NCBI GenBank assembly: GCA_016124235.1
Contig: WGOC01000013.1
Coordinates: forward strand, 153,416 to 217,415
DNA length: 64,000 bases
Source: a bacterium
GTDB lineage: Bacteria; Verrucomicrobiota; Verrucomicrobiia; Limisphaerales; RI-55
Direction: 5' to 3'
Positions 28,595-38,687 of the stretch are shown here, in pieces; position 1 is the first letter of the stretch; every line of letters begins with the position of its first letter. The notes under the pieces are model-generated. The model did no database searches. It saw only the letters and a program-made list of their open reading frames with translations, and was not told the DNA's origin. The translations under genes were made by a program, and so were the position numbers.

Positions 28595-28719
28595 ACGTCG
28601 TGGAGGTTGCCGAGCCGGCGGGTCTTGGAAAGGAAATATTTACCGTGCAGGGATATCGGTCGCAAACCGTGACAACGACCGCCATAAGCCCATACATTTA
28701 ACAACCACCAAAAAAATCA

Positions 28720-31700
28720 ATGCGCTCACCAAAACTTTTGGCTGACGTTCGTGGGTCGACCCGTCGACACTTTTCTCAATTCCCTCAAGCGGTTTCCTTC
28801 TGTTGTGGGCTGTCGATTGTCATGCTCGCGGTCCACCCGGGTTCGCTGCTCGCCGATCCACCTGTAAAACTTGATCCACTTGGAATATCCGACGGCAAGT
28901 TCCAGGTCGGAGTAAGCGGTCAGGGAGCTCGTTACGCGATCGAAGTTTCCACGAACCTGACGGACTGGCAGGAGGTCCACTCCGCGGATCTGGTCAACAA
29001 TTCCGGCGCATTTGCCGACACCACCATCGGATCGTTTCCACGACGCTTTTATCGGAGCAAGATCGTTTTGTTGAACGAGCTGGAACCGAAGGAAACGTAT
29101 TTGTTCTCGGGCGACACGGTCCAATTTCACGTTTCCGAGGGACCGGTCGGAACGGCGTGGGTTTTCAAAGTCAACAGTGTGGTGGGCGGGAATGCCTCGG
29201 TGGGGACGCTGCTCATCAATCCCAATGATTCAGCCGACGTCGCGTATCAAGCTCCAGTTGGCATTGGTAGTTCGGTGGATGTTACCGTTTGTGCCGAGGA
29301 TCCGAATGATTCCGGTCGGGTGTTTTGCGGAACGGTTCACGTGTTACCCGTACCAGCAAACATCGCGATCTCTCCGGTTTCGTGGACGATGAAGTTGGGT
29401 GACACCGTACCGTTTCAGGCAGGCGCCGTTGTGACCGGAGTTGGCTACGTGCCGTTCAATCAGGTGTATTGGAAAGTAAATGGCACGCTGGACGCCGACC
29501 CCGCCCTGGATGCGGGGATGATCGGACCGGATGGCATTTATCACGCGCCGGACAAAATGCCCACGTCACTCCCACGCAACATTTTGGTGGGCTTCTCCAC
29601 CTCCCCGTTTGGAGCCGTGGCGGCTTCGAGCCCGATCACGCTGGTTTCCTTGGAACTGACCCCGGCAGAAATCCAATCGGTGCAAACCGGTCCGGCTGGA
29701 AACTTGACAGCAACCTTGCACAAGTCCGATGGGACGAACATCGCTCTCACGCCGGCGCAGGTTTCCTATCACAGCGGTTTTCCCGAGGCGGCGGATGTCG
29801 ATACCAATGGCGCGGTCGCCGTCGGCAATTCACTCGGCAAGGCGACCATTTTTGCAACTGATCTCGCGACCGGCGCCACCGATAGCATGGTGGTTGAATC
29901 GCGACCGGATGTTCATGTCCGGCTGCTCAGCGTGCGCAAACGCTCACAAAACGAATTCAACATCAATCCCACAACCGGGCTCGCCATTCAAACGCCCACG
30001 ACACCCATCCGCGAGATCGAGGTCACCCAGCCGGGCGCGATGCTCAACCTGACGCCGGACCTGTTCTTCTTCCGCGGGACGACCAACCTGAACACCAACT
30101 CGATTTCCGCCACGGGCAATGGCGTCCTGCGTTTCCTGGGCGATGGCAATCTCGTGCGCAATTATCAAATTGGCGGCCCGGTGCCGGACCCATCCGATTT
30201 GGTGGCGCGGGTCGAGGAACGCACCGGATTTGTCGATTTTGGCTACACGCCAGGCAGTGGCACCGTCACCATGGAATACGATGACGGCGTGATCACCCGT
30301 CAGGCAACGGTCAAGCTCACCTTTTCCCGATTGCAGCTCGGCGCCACCATCAAAGGAATGGTCACACAGCAGAGCGGCCAGGCTTATGATTCCGAGTGGC
30401 TCGAATTACGGCCGAAGCTGGCCAATCCCGGAATCACGGACAGCTATTTCATGGGGACGACGCAGGTCCGCATTCGGGAGCAGGGAAACACCTTTACCGT
30501 CGCTCGCATGACCGAGTATACGGGTCTGACGCAGATCCCGACGCAAAAGGAGTTCATCGACACGGCAGAATACGTCGAGGTATTGCCGAGCGGTCCGAGC
30601 GACCGGAATCCAGGTCCATTAACCACGCTTGGTGAAATACTTCTCTACGTCCGGCCGCATCATGCAGGCAATGTGCATTTCGTTGTCGATGTGCCGACCG
30701 ATCCGGCCATTCCGCCAGTGGATCTAGTAATGAACGTTCAGGCTCCCGACCTGCAAATACGCTACGCGTATGGCGCGACGAACGGTTCGCCGGTCATGGC
30801 AAATTCGTATGTCGATATTCAAGCCGGCCCCAACGGCACCGCATTGTTCCTGACGCCGGAACAAGCGGACGCGTTTGGGGGAGGCGGGATTCCTTGGTAT
30901 AAAAAGGATCCGCTCAACTGGTTTGTCATCACACCAAGTGGCGGCACCAACAAGTATCCTTACCAGGATTCCATCGGCCTATACGGGTATTCAACCACCG
31001 GCGAAGCATTTCCGGGAGTCTTCCGGGTGCCCGGTATTCATCAAGTCTGGCTGGCCCACACGAACCATCCGGGTATCCAGACGACGCCGCTCGATGTCAA
31101 AGTGCTCGCGCCCACCGGAAACACATTTCCGGAACTTGCGCTCATCCCTGTTCAAACGCAGACAAATGAATTCGGCGACGCGGTAACCCTGGCCAACCAA
31201 TATGCCGGCATGGCGATCATCAGCCCAACGGACGGCCTGTGGACACCGGGTGTTCCCCTGGATGTGTCGGTGCGATTGTTTTGTGCGGACGGTCAGCCGC
31301 GCAAACTGGGTAAGAAAGTGGTGACCGTGGTACGCAGCAGCCTCAATCCCAACAACCCGTCCATCACAACGAACTATTATCTCGGCGGCGTCTTTGCGAG
31401 CTGGCCGTATGAAGGTCGGTCGGTGAAAATCAACAGCGCGTACGACCTGCCTCCTTTTGGCAGCGCGTTTGGCGTCCCCGACGACAATGGGTTTATCCAT
31501 TTTTCGGTTACCGTGGACGACCAGACCTCAGCCAACGCGGTGGCACTTCCCGCAATCGTCGGCCTGACGGTCGGGTTCAAACAATATCCAGATTACCTCC
31601 TGCCTGCACCGGAGGATGTTCCGGAGGAATACATTGAATACCTCGACGGCACATTGGTAACGCGGACGACGATCCCCATGGCCGTGTCCAAATTTGTCGA

Positions 31701-34700
31701 CGCGGTGAATCACTCCCTGATCGAGCAACGGGTGCGGCTGGATGGGCACGGGGTCACCTCGGTCCCACAGGCAATTCCAGTGGCGACACAACGAGTGCGC
31801 GATGCGGTCACGGCCGGCAAGTTGCCCATTGGGGCAGACCAAGCGGTATTCAAAGTGATCGGCGATGCGAGCTTCGTCACCGCGTTGGCGGGGGGAGTTC
31901 CGACCCTCGACCTCGGCGCCGGACTGGCGGTTATCAATGAACAAGTGCTGAACAACCAGTTGCAGGTGACGGTGGCGACTGATCTGGCATATTTCCAAGC
32001 CAACCCCAGCCAATACGCAAGGCGGCCCATCACGATCACCTTTCCCAACGGAGATTCCTGGGCCACTCAAATTCAAATGTTCGGCTTCCAACTTGCCCCC
32101 GGTGGTTTCGAGTTGGATCGAAACATCCCGTTGAATGCGGCGTTCGCCCATTTTGATCGCGGCTATAATTTTGGCTCCCTCGCGCCCTACCGGGATGAGG
32201 ATGGATCGATTCTGGTTTCCATCACGGCGGCGGGCACGCAGCAAATCTGGGACACCGATCTGCAGTTGATTCCCTCTCTGAACGCCTGCTGGGACGCGAA
32301 CACAAACGGACTGGAAGATCCGGGCGAAGATCTAGATGGTGACGGCTACTTTACTGAAAATGACGTGGCGTTGCCGGCGCTATTCCGCGGCGTGCACCCC
32401 GAAAACCCTCTCGTTGGTTTTCACCGCGACGTGGATCCACGCAACGGGGCGACACGGGTTCGCAAGCTGACAACGTCGATCGTCCCGGGTGCCAGTCAAA
32501 GCATTCGAATCTACGCCGACACGACGGACCATCGGCGGCTCGACCGGCAAACGCTGCAACTGAGCGACAAGTATGATCCCGATTTGATTCCCGACTTTGT
32601 CAGCCCGGCGCCCGACGCCGAATTGTTGGAGGCGCGACACGGACCAAACTTATTCGATGTCCTGTTCTTTTCCGTTTACAATTTCATGGCCGAACAGAAG
32701 CAGGATCTGCCCGACCCGCACATTGATTTCACGACGGTTGGCGGGTCGCGCGACACGGCGTACGAGGCTTACACTGGCGTCACCGGAACGGCTGCATTGG
32801 GCAGCGCACCCACGCTGGCAAAGTTGCAACATCCGATGCTGGGCTTCGTCGATCACGTCGCTACGCCTCGGGATTTCCATGAGGATCCGGCTTATCTGAT
32901 GGGATACTATCCCTTCGATTACTACGGTGGAATTCTCGACCAGAAGTGGCAGCGGACCGTGATGAACGTTTACAATGCCGGGCTCAATCAGGCCCAACCG
33001 CTGTTCGGCGACACTCGCATGCGACCATACATATCCCGATATCAGGGCAACGCGCCCACGGGTTCGCAACGCAGTTATTTCGGGATCGATCTCGACGGAG
33101 TGCTGTTCGATCCCACGTCGATCAATTTTCCGAAACCGCGGTATTACGACCCGGCACCCGTGGTTTCTTTCCTTCTGGCTCAGCGGCTGGACGAAGCCCC
33201 AAACAGCTCGGTGCTCCGAGACATTCCGGTGGTTTACTCGGCGCTCAGTGACACGACCCTGACGAGTGCCAATCTGCTGAAGGGCATCGGCGGGACGTCG
33301 GGAGGTTTTGTGGATCTTACTCGCGACCATCCTGGGCGTTTGGGAGCTGAATCCAAGAGCCCCGGAGCGGACGTTCCGGGTTTGCACGCGGGTTTTCAAT
33401 TTCTCGGTCGCCCCGAGCAATTGATAGATCCACGCACCTCACTCGCAGAGGACGACATTCGGGACGTGATCTTGAAGCGGGATCCGGCCACGGGATATAT
33501 CGTTCGCGAACCTCGCTTCTTTGACACTCGGGCTCCCCGCTTTGTGAATGGTTTCGCTGGCAACGATGATTTGAAGGGGCCCATCACCACTGCCGCCATC
33601 GCCAACCTCAGGTTTGCCATCAGCACCGATCCACCGAACTTGGTGCCCGACGATACCAATACGTGGAAGCTTCGACCCAGCGTCCTGGTTCGGGAACAAC
33701 TTGCGCCGGATAACGGACCGGACATGGTCGTCACCAGCCAAAGCACCGGCAATGAACTAATCATCAAACAGGCGGCGGACGCAGTGACCGATTTTTCCGT
33801 CGATCTCGGTTCCGCGGTTCTCATGAGCGCGGTGTCCGGAGGCGAATATCTTGAGGCCTGTGGCCTCGGTGTGGGCAAAAAGGCGCTCGGCGCGTTCGTT
33901 AATTTCGGAGTCGGTGTCGCCTCCGACGAAATCGTCGAGCCCTACTTTGGCAAGAACACGCGCGACGGCGTGCAATTCGTCGCTCGGAACACATCCACAC
34001 TCAGTAAAATCCCCATCGAAGGAGTAACCTACAACGGCGTCTCCTCGCTCGTGAAAGACCCGCTCGTATTGCCCGTGGCGCTGAAAGGGCTGAGCAATAT
34101 TGTCTATGGAATTTCAACCAACGTATTGGGCCGGCTGGGTGTGACCAACCGCGCCGTCTATGTGGATGTGAGCCCGCAAACACATATCCCTGACTTGATC
34201 AGCCTGCCGACCGATATTTGCGATTTGCTTGGCAAACCGTTTGACAAACTCAAGGACCAGATCAAGGCGAGCTATTCCGCAGAGACTTTCGGTGGCTTGG
34301 GAAGCGCCGAAGCAGTCGGCATCAAAACGCTCTCCATCTGCATTCCGCTGTCGGCGCAGCTAGGCAATGGCGTCTACAGCGCCACTTATTCCGTGACGCG
34401 GAAGATCGATGTGCAACCGAGGGAACCCACCGAAGTGGATCTCAGTTCGCTCCCGTGGAACCAGGTGTTTGCGTCATACCCCTACGCAGATTTGGTCTCG
34501 GACGAGGAGTTCCTTCGGACAGTGCTGGCCAAACGCCTCGATCCCGTTGCCGGCGACTCAGCGACCCAAATCTGGCGTGCGATTCAGAGAAAGTCCGTGC
34601 GTCGCGATGCGCAGGGCGATCGCTACAAGAGCTACAAGATTCGCGCGTGGCAGATGCCAGCGGTTTCAACTTCGATTGCACCATTTCAATCGGTCGGGGC

Positions 34701-34890
34701 CGGCACGGCGGTCGGCGATTTTGTGCTCACGCCCGGCGAGACGGAGATTCCGGTATCGATCGGCGTGGGTGCCGCCGTGCGACGCAGTAACGAAAACTCA
34801 ACCGGCCGGGCAAGAATCACCACTCCCGGCTATGAGATGGTCTTGATCCAGGGCACCCTGATGTCGCCCAAAGACCCTTACGCGCCATAG
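28720..34890 (+). CDS. Giant secreted protein with N-terminal STNL..W...RFYR module, Ig-like domains and an uncharacterised C-terminal region
   Basis: 2056-aa ORF; signal-like N-terminus; VNSVVGGNASVGT...YQAP and GIYHAP Ig-like repeats; Big_2-like domain; DANTNGLEDPGEDLDGDG Ca-binding-like loop. Confidence 0.85.
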   Translation: MRSPKLLADVRGSTRRHFSQFPQAVSFCCGLSIVMLAVHPGSLLADPPVKLDPLGISDGKFQVGVSGQGARYAIEVSTNLTDWQEVHSADLVNNSGAFADTTIGSFPRRFYRSKIVLLNELEPKETYLFSGDTVQFHVSEGPVGTAWVFKVNSVVGGNASVGTLLINPNDSADVAYQAPVGIGSSVDVTVCAEDPNDSGRVFCGTVHVLPVPANIAISPVSWTMKLGDTVPFQAGAVVTGVGYVPFNQVYWKVNGTLDADPALDAGMIGPDGIYHAPDKMPTSLPRNILVGFSTSPFGAVAASSPITLVSLELTPAEIQSVQTGPAGNLTATLHKSDGTNIALTPAQVSYHSGFPEAADVDTNGAVAVGNSLGKATIFATDLATGATDSMVVESRPDVHVRLLSVRKRSQNEFNINPTTGLAIQTPTTPIREIEVTQPGAMLNLTPDLFFFRGTTNLNTNSISATGNGVLRFLGDGNLVRNYQIGGPVPDPSDLVARVEERTGFVDFGYTPGSGTVTMEYDDGVITRQATVKLTFSRLQLGATIKGMVTQQSGQAYDSEWLELRPKLANPGITDSYFMGTTQVRIREQGNTFTVARMTEYTGLTQIPTQKEFIDTAEYVEVLPSGPSDRNPGPLTTLGEILLYVRPHHAGNVHFVVDVPTDPAIPPVDLVMNVQAPDLQIRYAYGATNGSPVMANSYVDIQAGPNGTALFLTPEQADAFGGGGIPWYKKDPLNWFVITPSGGTNKYPYQDSIGLYGYSTTGEAFPGVFRVPGIHQVWLAHTNHPGIQTTPLDVKVLAPTGNTFPELALIPVQTQTNEFGDAVTLANQYAGMAIISPTDGLWTPGVPLDVSVRLFCADGQPRKLGKKVVTVVRSSLNPNNPSITTNYYLGGVFASWPYEGRSVKINSAYDLPPFGSAFGVPDDNGFIHFSVTVDDQTSANAVALPAIVGLTVGFKQYPDYLLPAPEDVPEEYIEYLDGTLVTRTTIPMAVSKFVDAVNHSLIEQRVRLDGHGVTSVPQAIPVATQRVRDAVTAGKLPIGADQAVFKVIGDASFVTALAGGVPTLDLGAGLAVINEQVLNNQLQVTVATDLAYFQANPSQYARRPITITFPNGDSWATQIQMFGFQLAPGGFELDRNIPLNAAFAHFDRGYNFGSLAPYRDEDGSILVSITAAGTQQIWDTDLQLIPSLNACWDANTNGLEDPGEDLDGDGYFTENDVALPALFRGVHPENPLVGFHRDVDPRNGATRVRKLTTSIVPGASQSIRIYADTTDHRRLDRQTLQLSDKYDPDLIPDFVSPAPDAELLEARHGPNLFDVLFFSVYNFMAEQKQDLPDPHIDFTTVGGSRDTAYEAYTGVTGTAALGSAPTLAKLQHPMLGFVDHVATPRDFHEDPAYLMGYYPFDYYGGILDQKWQRTVMNVYNAGLNQAQPLFGDTRMRPYISRYQGNAPTGSQRSYFGIDLDGVLFDPTSINFPKPRYYDPAPVVSFLLAQRLDEAPNSSVLRDIPVVYSALSDTTLTSANLLKGIGGTSGGFVDLTRDHPGRLGAESKSPGADVPGLHAGFQFLGRPEQLIDPRTSLAEDDIRDVILKRDPATGYIVREPRFFDTRAPRFVNGFAGNDDLKGPITTAAIANLRFAISTDPPNLVPDDTNTWKLRPSVLVREQLAPDNGPDMVVTSQSTGNELIIKQAADAVTDFSVDLGSAVLMSAVSGGEYLEACGLGVGKKALGAFVNFGVGVASDEIVEPYFGKNTRDGVQFVARNTSTLSKIPIEGVTYNGVSSLVKDPLVLPVALKGLSNIVYGISTNVLGRLGVTNRAVYVDVSPQTHIPDLISLPTDICDLLGKPFDKLKDQIKASYSAETFGGLGSAEAVGIKTLSICIPLSAQLGNGVYSATYSVTRKIDVQPREPTEVDLSSLPWNQVFASYPYADLVSDEEFLRTVLAKRLDPVAGDSATQIWRAIQRKSVRRDAQGDRYKSYKIRAWQMPAVSTSIAPFQSVGAGTAVGDFVLTPGETEIPVSIGVGAAVRRSNENSTGRARITTPGYEMVLIQGTLMSPKDPYAP

Positions 34891-34998
34891 CATTTTGACC
34901 GCGGGATTGCAGCTTCACCATCCAATGATGAAGAGGCTCGGTCGTTGGACGATTCCAACCGGCATTTGACGCCGACTTGGTTTTGACCTGTGAGTTGC

Positions 34999-35337
34999 CT
35001 AACGGCTTTCCGCAAAAATGCGGGCCTCCGTCTCGGTGATCACGCCGTCCTGATTGGTGTCGCAATCCTTGACGGCTTTATTGAACTCGTAGTTTTCCCC
35101 CGTCACGGTTTCTGTTGTGTGACTGAAGACAATCGGAATGCTGATGTCCGTCTTGCTCTCCCGTTCACCCCGGTGATGAGGAGTTTTGGACAGCGCCTCG
35201 TAAAACATTCGGCCCGCCGCGTCGTTTTCGAATTCCACTTTCACGCGCGAAACGTCCCGGTAAACAGTCTCGGTGTGGTGAATGCATCCGGTGGCCAGAA
35301 CGGCCGCCGCCCCAAGCAAATGAAGTGTTATTTTCAT
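34999..35337 (-). CDS. Small lipoprotein with EF-hand-like loop
   Basis: Lipobox ATGC; DTNQDGVITETE. Confidence 0.75.
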   Translation of the reverse strand: MKITLHLLGAAAVLATGCIHHTETVYRDVSRVKVEFENDAAGRMFYEALSKTPHHRGERESKTDISIPIVFSHTTETVTGENYEFNKAVKDCDTNQDGVITETEARIFAESR

Positions 35338-35490
35338 AGAAGCTGTCCAGTCTTACACGCACTCAAAATCAAATGTTTCAAAAGAAACCCGCATACCTTC
35401 TATTTAGACTGTTCCCACCGGCATTCGGTGGCTCGCCGATGCATTCACGAGATCGCATATTAAACAGATCGCCACGCAGTCGCATGCGAA

Positions 35491-35994
35491 CTAATTTGCA
35501 TAGGTCACTCCGATAATCCTCCACTGATTGTTTACCCGGGCAACCGGAAATTCCATTTTTGTGTGAATCTTGATGGTATCCTCCTCGCCTTTTTTCGCAG
35601 GGCCATTTTCAGCTTTCAGAACTATCCAGTGAGTTGGCTCGATCACAAATCTAAGGTTCTTATTTCCAAATGTTCCGGGAGCTGCAGCAGGTTTATAATC
35701 CCCAAAACGATAGGTATTGATTGATGTCACTTTTAACTCTCCAGCCCCCCAACTATTGCTGAAGAATTGCTCTTGTGCAGTCGATATCTCCGCCGGCACC
35801 CCATTTGTGTAGGAGTGTTGGATCATCCATTTTCCATCCTGCTTTTCGTATGCAGCGTGAAGCTGCTCAGCAAAAGCGCTCAATGAACCGGCAGCTGGGA
35901 AAACTTCGGCGCCAAACATAGACAGGCAAACAAATATTTGCAGGCATACTAAGTAACCGAAAAGCCCCTTAATTGTCGTTCTTCGATTTATCAT
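35491..35994 (-). CDS. Hypothetical secreted protein, AT-rich
   Basis: Signal-like N-terminus; ends FPVARVNNQWRI like NTF2-type folds. Confidence 0.65.
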   Translation of the reverse strand: MINRRTTIKGLFGYLVCLQIFVCLSMFGAEVFPAAGSLSAFAEQLHAAYEKQDGKWMIQHSYTNGVPAEISTAQEQFFSNSWGAGELKVTSINTYRFGDYKPAAAPGTFGNKNLRFVIEPTHWIVLKAENGPAKKGEEDTIKIHTKMEFPVARVNNQWRIIGVTYAN

Positions 35995-36044
35995 TCAAAA
36001 CTAATAGGGTCACTCTGCTCAATAATCCCAACGCCCTTTGTGCT

Positions 36045-37577
36045 TTAGCTCCCCCGGTTCACAAACTGCCGATGCTTGGTAAACACGGTTCGCAGCGCCA
36101 CCGAAGTTTCATCCTGGAGCGCCTGTAATTCGTCATAAATCGCGGCATTCTCACGGATCGGTTCAGCCGTTTCCGCGTCGTTTAACGTCACAAATTGATC
36201 GGTAATTTCGTCGATGCCCACGTTTTCGCCCTTTTGTAAACGCCAGCACCAGAGTGCCTGCAACGCCGCGCCGTAGGCCGCTCCTTCGCCGACCATCAAC
36301 GTCACCACTTCGGTGTTGAAAATATCCGCCATGATCTGACGCCAGACTTTGGATCGGGCACCGCCGCCGGTCGCGCGAATCTGTTTGGGTTTCACGCCCA
36401 GATCGCCGAGTCGACGCAGTCCGTAATTCATGCCGAGCGTCACGCCTTCCATCGCGGCGCGCGCGAAATGTTGCGCGGTGAAAGTCCGTTGATTCGCACC
36501 CAACCAGACACCGGTGCCATCGGGGACATTGGGTGTGCGTTCGCCTTCGAGGTACGGCAAAAGCAACAAACCTTCGCTGCCGACCGGCGCCTTCTCCGCC
36601 TCGGCGGCAAAGCGTTCATGCGTCCATTTGAAATCATTGCGAATCAACTCCGTCGCGACGGTCACGTTCATCGTGCAAAGCAACGGCAACCAGCGATTGG
36701 TCGAATCGCAGAACGCGGCAATCTCGCCATCCGGATCGACCACGGGTTCATCGGCGCAGGCGTAAATGGTGCCACTGGTGCCGAAGCTCGCGGTGATCAC
36801 GCCGGGCTTGGTATTGCCGGTACCGATCGCACCCAGCATGTTGTCGCCGCCGCCGGCGCTGATCACGACGTCCGTGCTCAGGCCGAGATAACGGGCGGTG
36901 TCCGGATGAAGATTGCCGGCCGGTTGATCGCTCTTGATGACCTTGGGAAGCTTGTCTTTCAGAGCCGGATCAATCGTCTTGATGGCCGCCTCGCTCCAGC
37001 GCCGAGATTTCACATTGAACAACGCGGTGCCCGACGCGTCGCCATATTCCATAACCCGTTCACCGGTCAGCCAAAAGTTCAGATAATCGTGCGGCAGCAG
37101 CACCGTCGCGAGACGCGCGTAATTTCTCGGTTCGTGTTTTTTCAGCCAAAGAATCTTGGGTGCCGTAAAGCCGGGTAAAATGAGATTGCCGAGCGACTTG
37201 ATGGTGGACTTCGTGCCGCCGAGCTTTTTCATCATCTCGTCGCATTCGTCGGACGTCGAGGTGTCGCACCAAAGCTTCGCCGGACGGATCACCTGGCCGT
37301 CGCGGTCCAGCGGCACAAAGCCGTGCTGTTGACCGCTAACACCGATCGCCACCACTTCCGTGGACTTCGCCTTGGCCTGGCGCAACGCCTGGCGAATGGC
37401 CGCCGCCGCCGCGTCGATCCACGTTTGCGGATGTTGTTCCTTCGCACCGGGAGGCAGGTCGGGAATCAAATCATACGCCTGCGAACCACCGCCGGCGACC
37501 TTGCCGGTATTCGCGTCGACGACCAGTGCCTTGGTGGATTGCGTGCCGCTATCGATGCCGATCAGAAGTGTTCTCAT
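36045..37577 (-). CDS. xylB: Xylulokinase
   Basis: GIDSGTQSTK, SGQQHG, LWCD, GFTAPK, GGGDN, GTSG, GERTP, TGGGARS. Confidence 0.93.
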   Translation of the reverse strand: MRTLLIGIDSGTQSTKALVVDANTGKVAGGGSQAYDLIPDLPPGAKEQHPQTWIDAAAAAIRQALRQAKAKSTEVVAIGVSGQQHGFVPLDRDGQVIRPAKLWCDTSTSDECDEMMKKLGGTKSTIKSLGNLILPGFTAPKILWLKKHEPRNYARLATVLLPHDYLNFWLTGERVMEYGDASGTALFNVKSRRWSEAAIKTIDPALKDKLPKVIKSDQPAGNLHPDTARYLGLSTDVVISAGGGDNMLGAIGTGNTKPGVITASFGTSGTIYACADEPVVDPDGEIAAFCDSTNRWLPLLCTMNVTVATELIRNDFKWTHERFAAEAEKAPVGSEGLLLLPYLEGERTPNVPDGTGVWLGANQRTFTAQHFARAAMEGVTLGMNYGLRRLGDLGVKPKQIRATGGGARSKVWRQIMADIFNTEVVTLMVGEGAAYGAALQALWCWRLQKGENVGIDEITDQFVTLNDAETAEPIRENAAIYDELQALQDETSVALRTVFTKHRQFVNRGS

Positions 37578-37669
37578 AACTAAATTTGACCCGATTGGAA
37601 CCGGCGAAAGCATGGGCCAACGCGCCGCGAAGTGTCCAACAATTCCTGCCCATTTGACCGGCAGGTTGG

Positions 37670-38581
37670 TTATTTGGCCACCTTCACCCCGCGCGTAATG
37701 GTGGGTCGGCGGTAGATTTTATCCGAGCTGCAAACGTACAGATACCGCAGCCCGTCACCCGCGAACGCGGTGCTGACAGTCGCCTTTGCTTGCGGACGCA
37801 ACAACACGCCGCTGATTCGCCCGGTCTCATCGAACATCTGGATACCCGCGTGGGAAGTCACGTAGTAGCGCCCTTCTTCATCTACCGTTGAACCATCGCC
37901 GCCCGCATCATCTTTTCCGGGAATCCGGCGCAAAGTCATGTAAGGTTCGGCCGCGTCCAAGGTGCCGTCCGACTTCACGCGATAAGCCCAGACATTCGTG
38001 CCCGAGTATTCCGAGACCGCCAGCGTGCCTTCATCAGGCGAGAGCGTGATGCCATTCGGGCCTTTGATTCCCTTGGCGACGACCTGCGATTTTCCAGGGC
38101 CTTTGATCAAAACCACTTCGCCGGCGCCGGTGACCGTGACGTAAACAAAGCCTTTCCGGCTGACGACGAGATCGTTTGGCTGAATATTTTCCGCCAGCAC
38201 CTCGACCGCTTCCGTCTTCGGATCAATGGCAACGATGCGTTTGGGAGCGCCTTGGTCCGCCGCAATGAAGCGACCATCTGGCGCAATCTTCAATCCACTA
38301 ATCTTGGGAACGACCTTGGTGACGGTCGACAGCCGGCCGTCGGGCGTGAGTTTGGTAATCCCCGTGCCCGCGCCGAGATCGCAAAAATAGAAATTCCCAT
38401 CCGCATCGCTGCAGGCCGCGTCGGTGAATTTCAGTCCGCTGGCGACCTCTTCCCAACCCGGGTCCGGATCGGGAAGAATTTTCGACAACGCCATGTCGCC
38501 GGGGAAGTTTTGGGCAACGACGGGAAAAGCCGTCAAACCGGAAATCAAGGCGATAACGGCCAGGAACAAGCGGGATTGCAT
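37670..38581 (-). CDS. SMP-30/gluconolactonase family protein (secreted)
   Basis: PNDLVV, PNGITLSPD, GDGSTVDEEG beta-propeller motifs; signal peptide. Confidence 0.88.
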   Translation of the reverse strand: MQSRLFLAVIALISGLTAFPVVAQNFPGDMALSKILPDPDPGWEEVASGLKFTDAACSDADGNFYFCDLGAGTGITKLTPDGRLSTVTKVVPKISGLKIAPDGRFIAADQGAPKRIVAIDPKTEAVEVLAENIQPNDLVVSRKGFVYVTVTGAGEVVLIKGPGKSQVVAKGIKGPNGITLSPDEGTLAVSEYSGTNVWAYRVKSDGTLDAAEPYMTLRRIPGKDDAGGDGSTVDEEGRYYVTSHAGIQMFDETGRISGVLLRPQAKATVSTAFAGDGLRYLYVCSSDKIYRRPTITRGVKVAK

Positions 38582-38687
38582 CCCGAGGATTTAGCCGGTC
38601 CGCGGCGAATCTTCAATCACGGCTTTTGCACCAGCGGCTCGAACCGTAACCGATCCACCCAACTTGATCGGCGTCCACCAAGGCAGA

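Noticed and set aside
34999-35994. Immunity genes for the giant secreted protein
   Set aside because: They are on the opposite strand, whereas immunity genes are normally co-oriented directly downstream.
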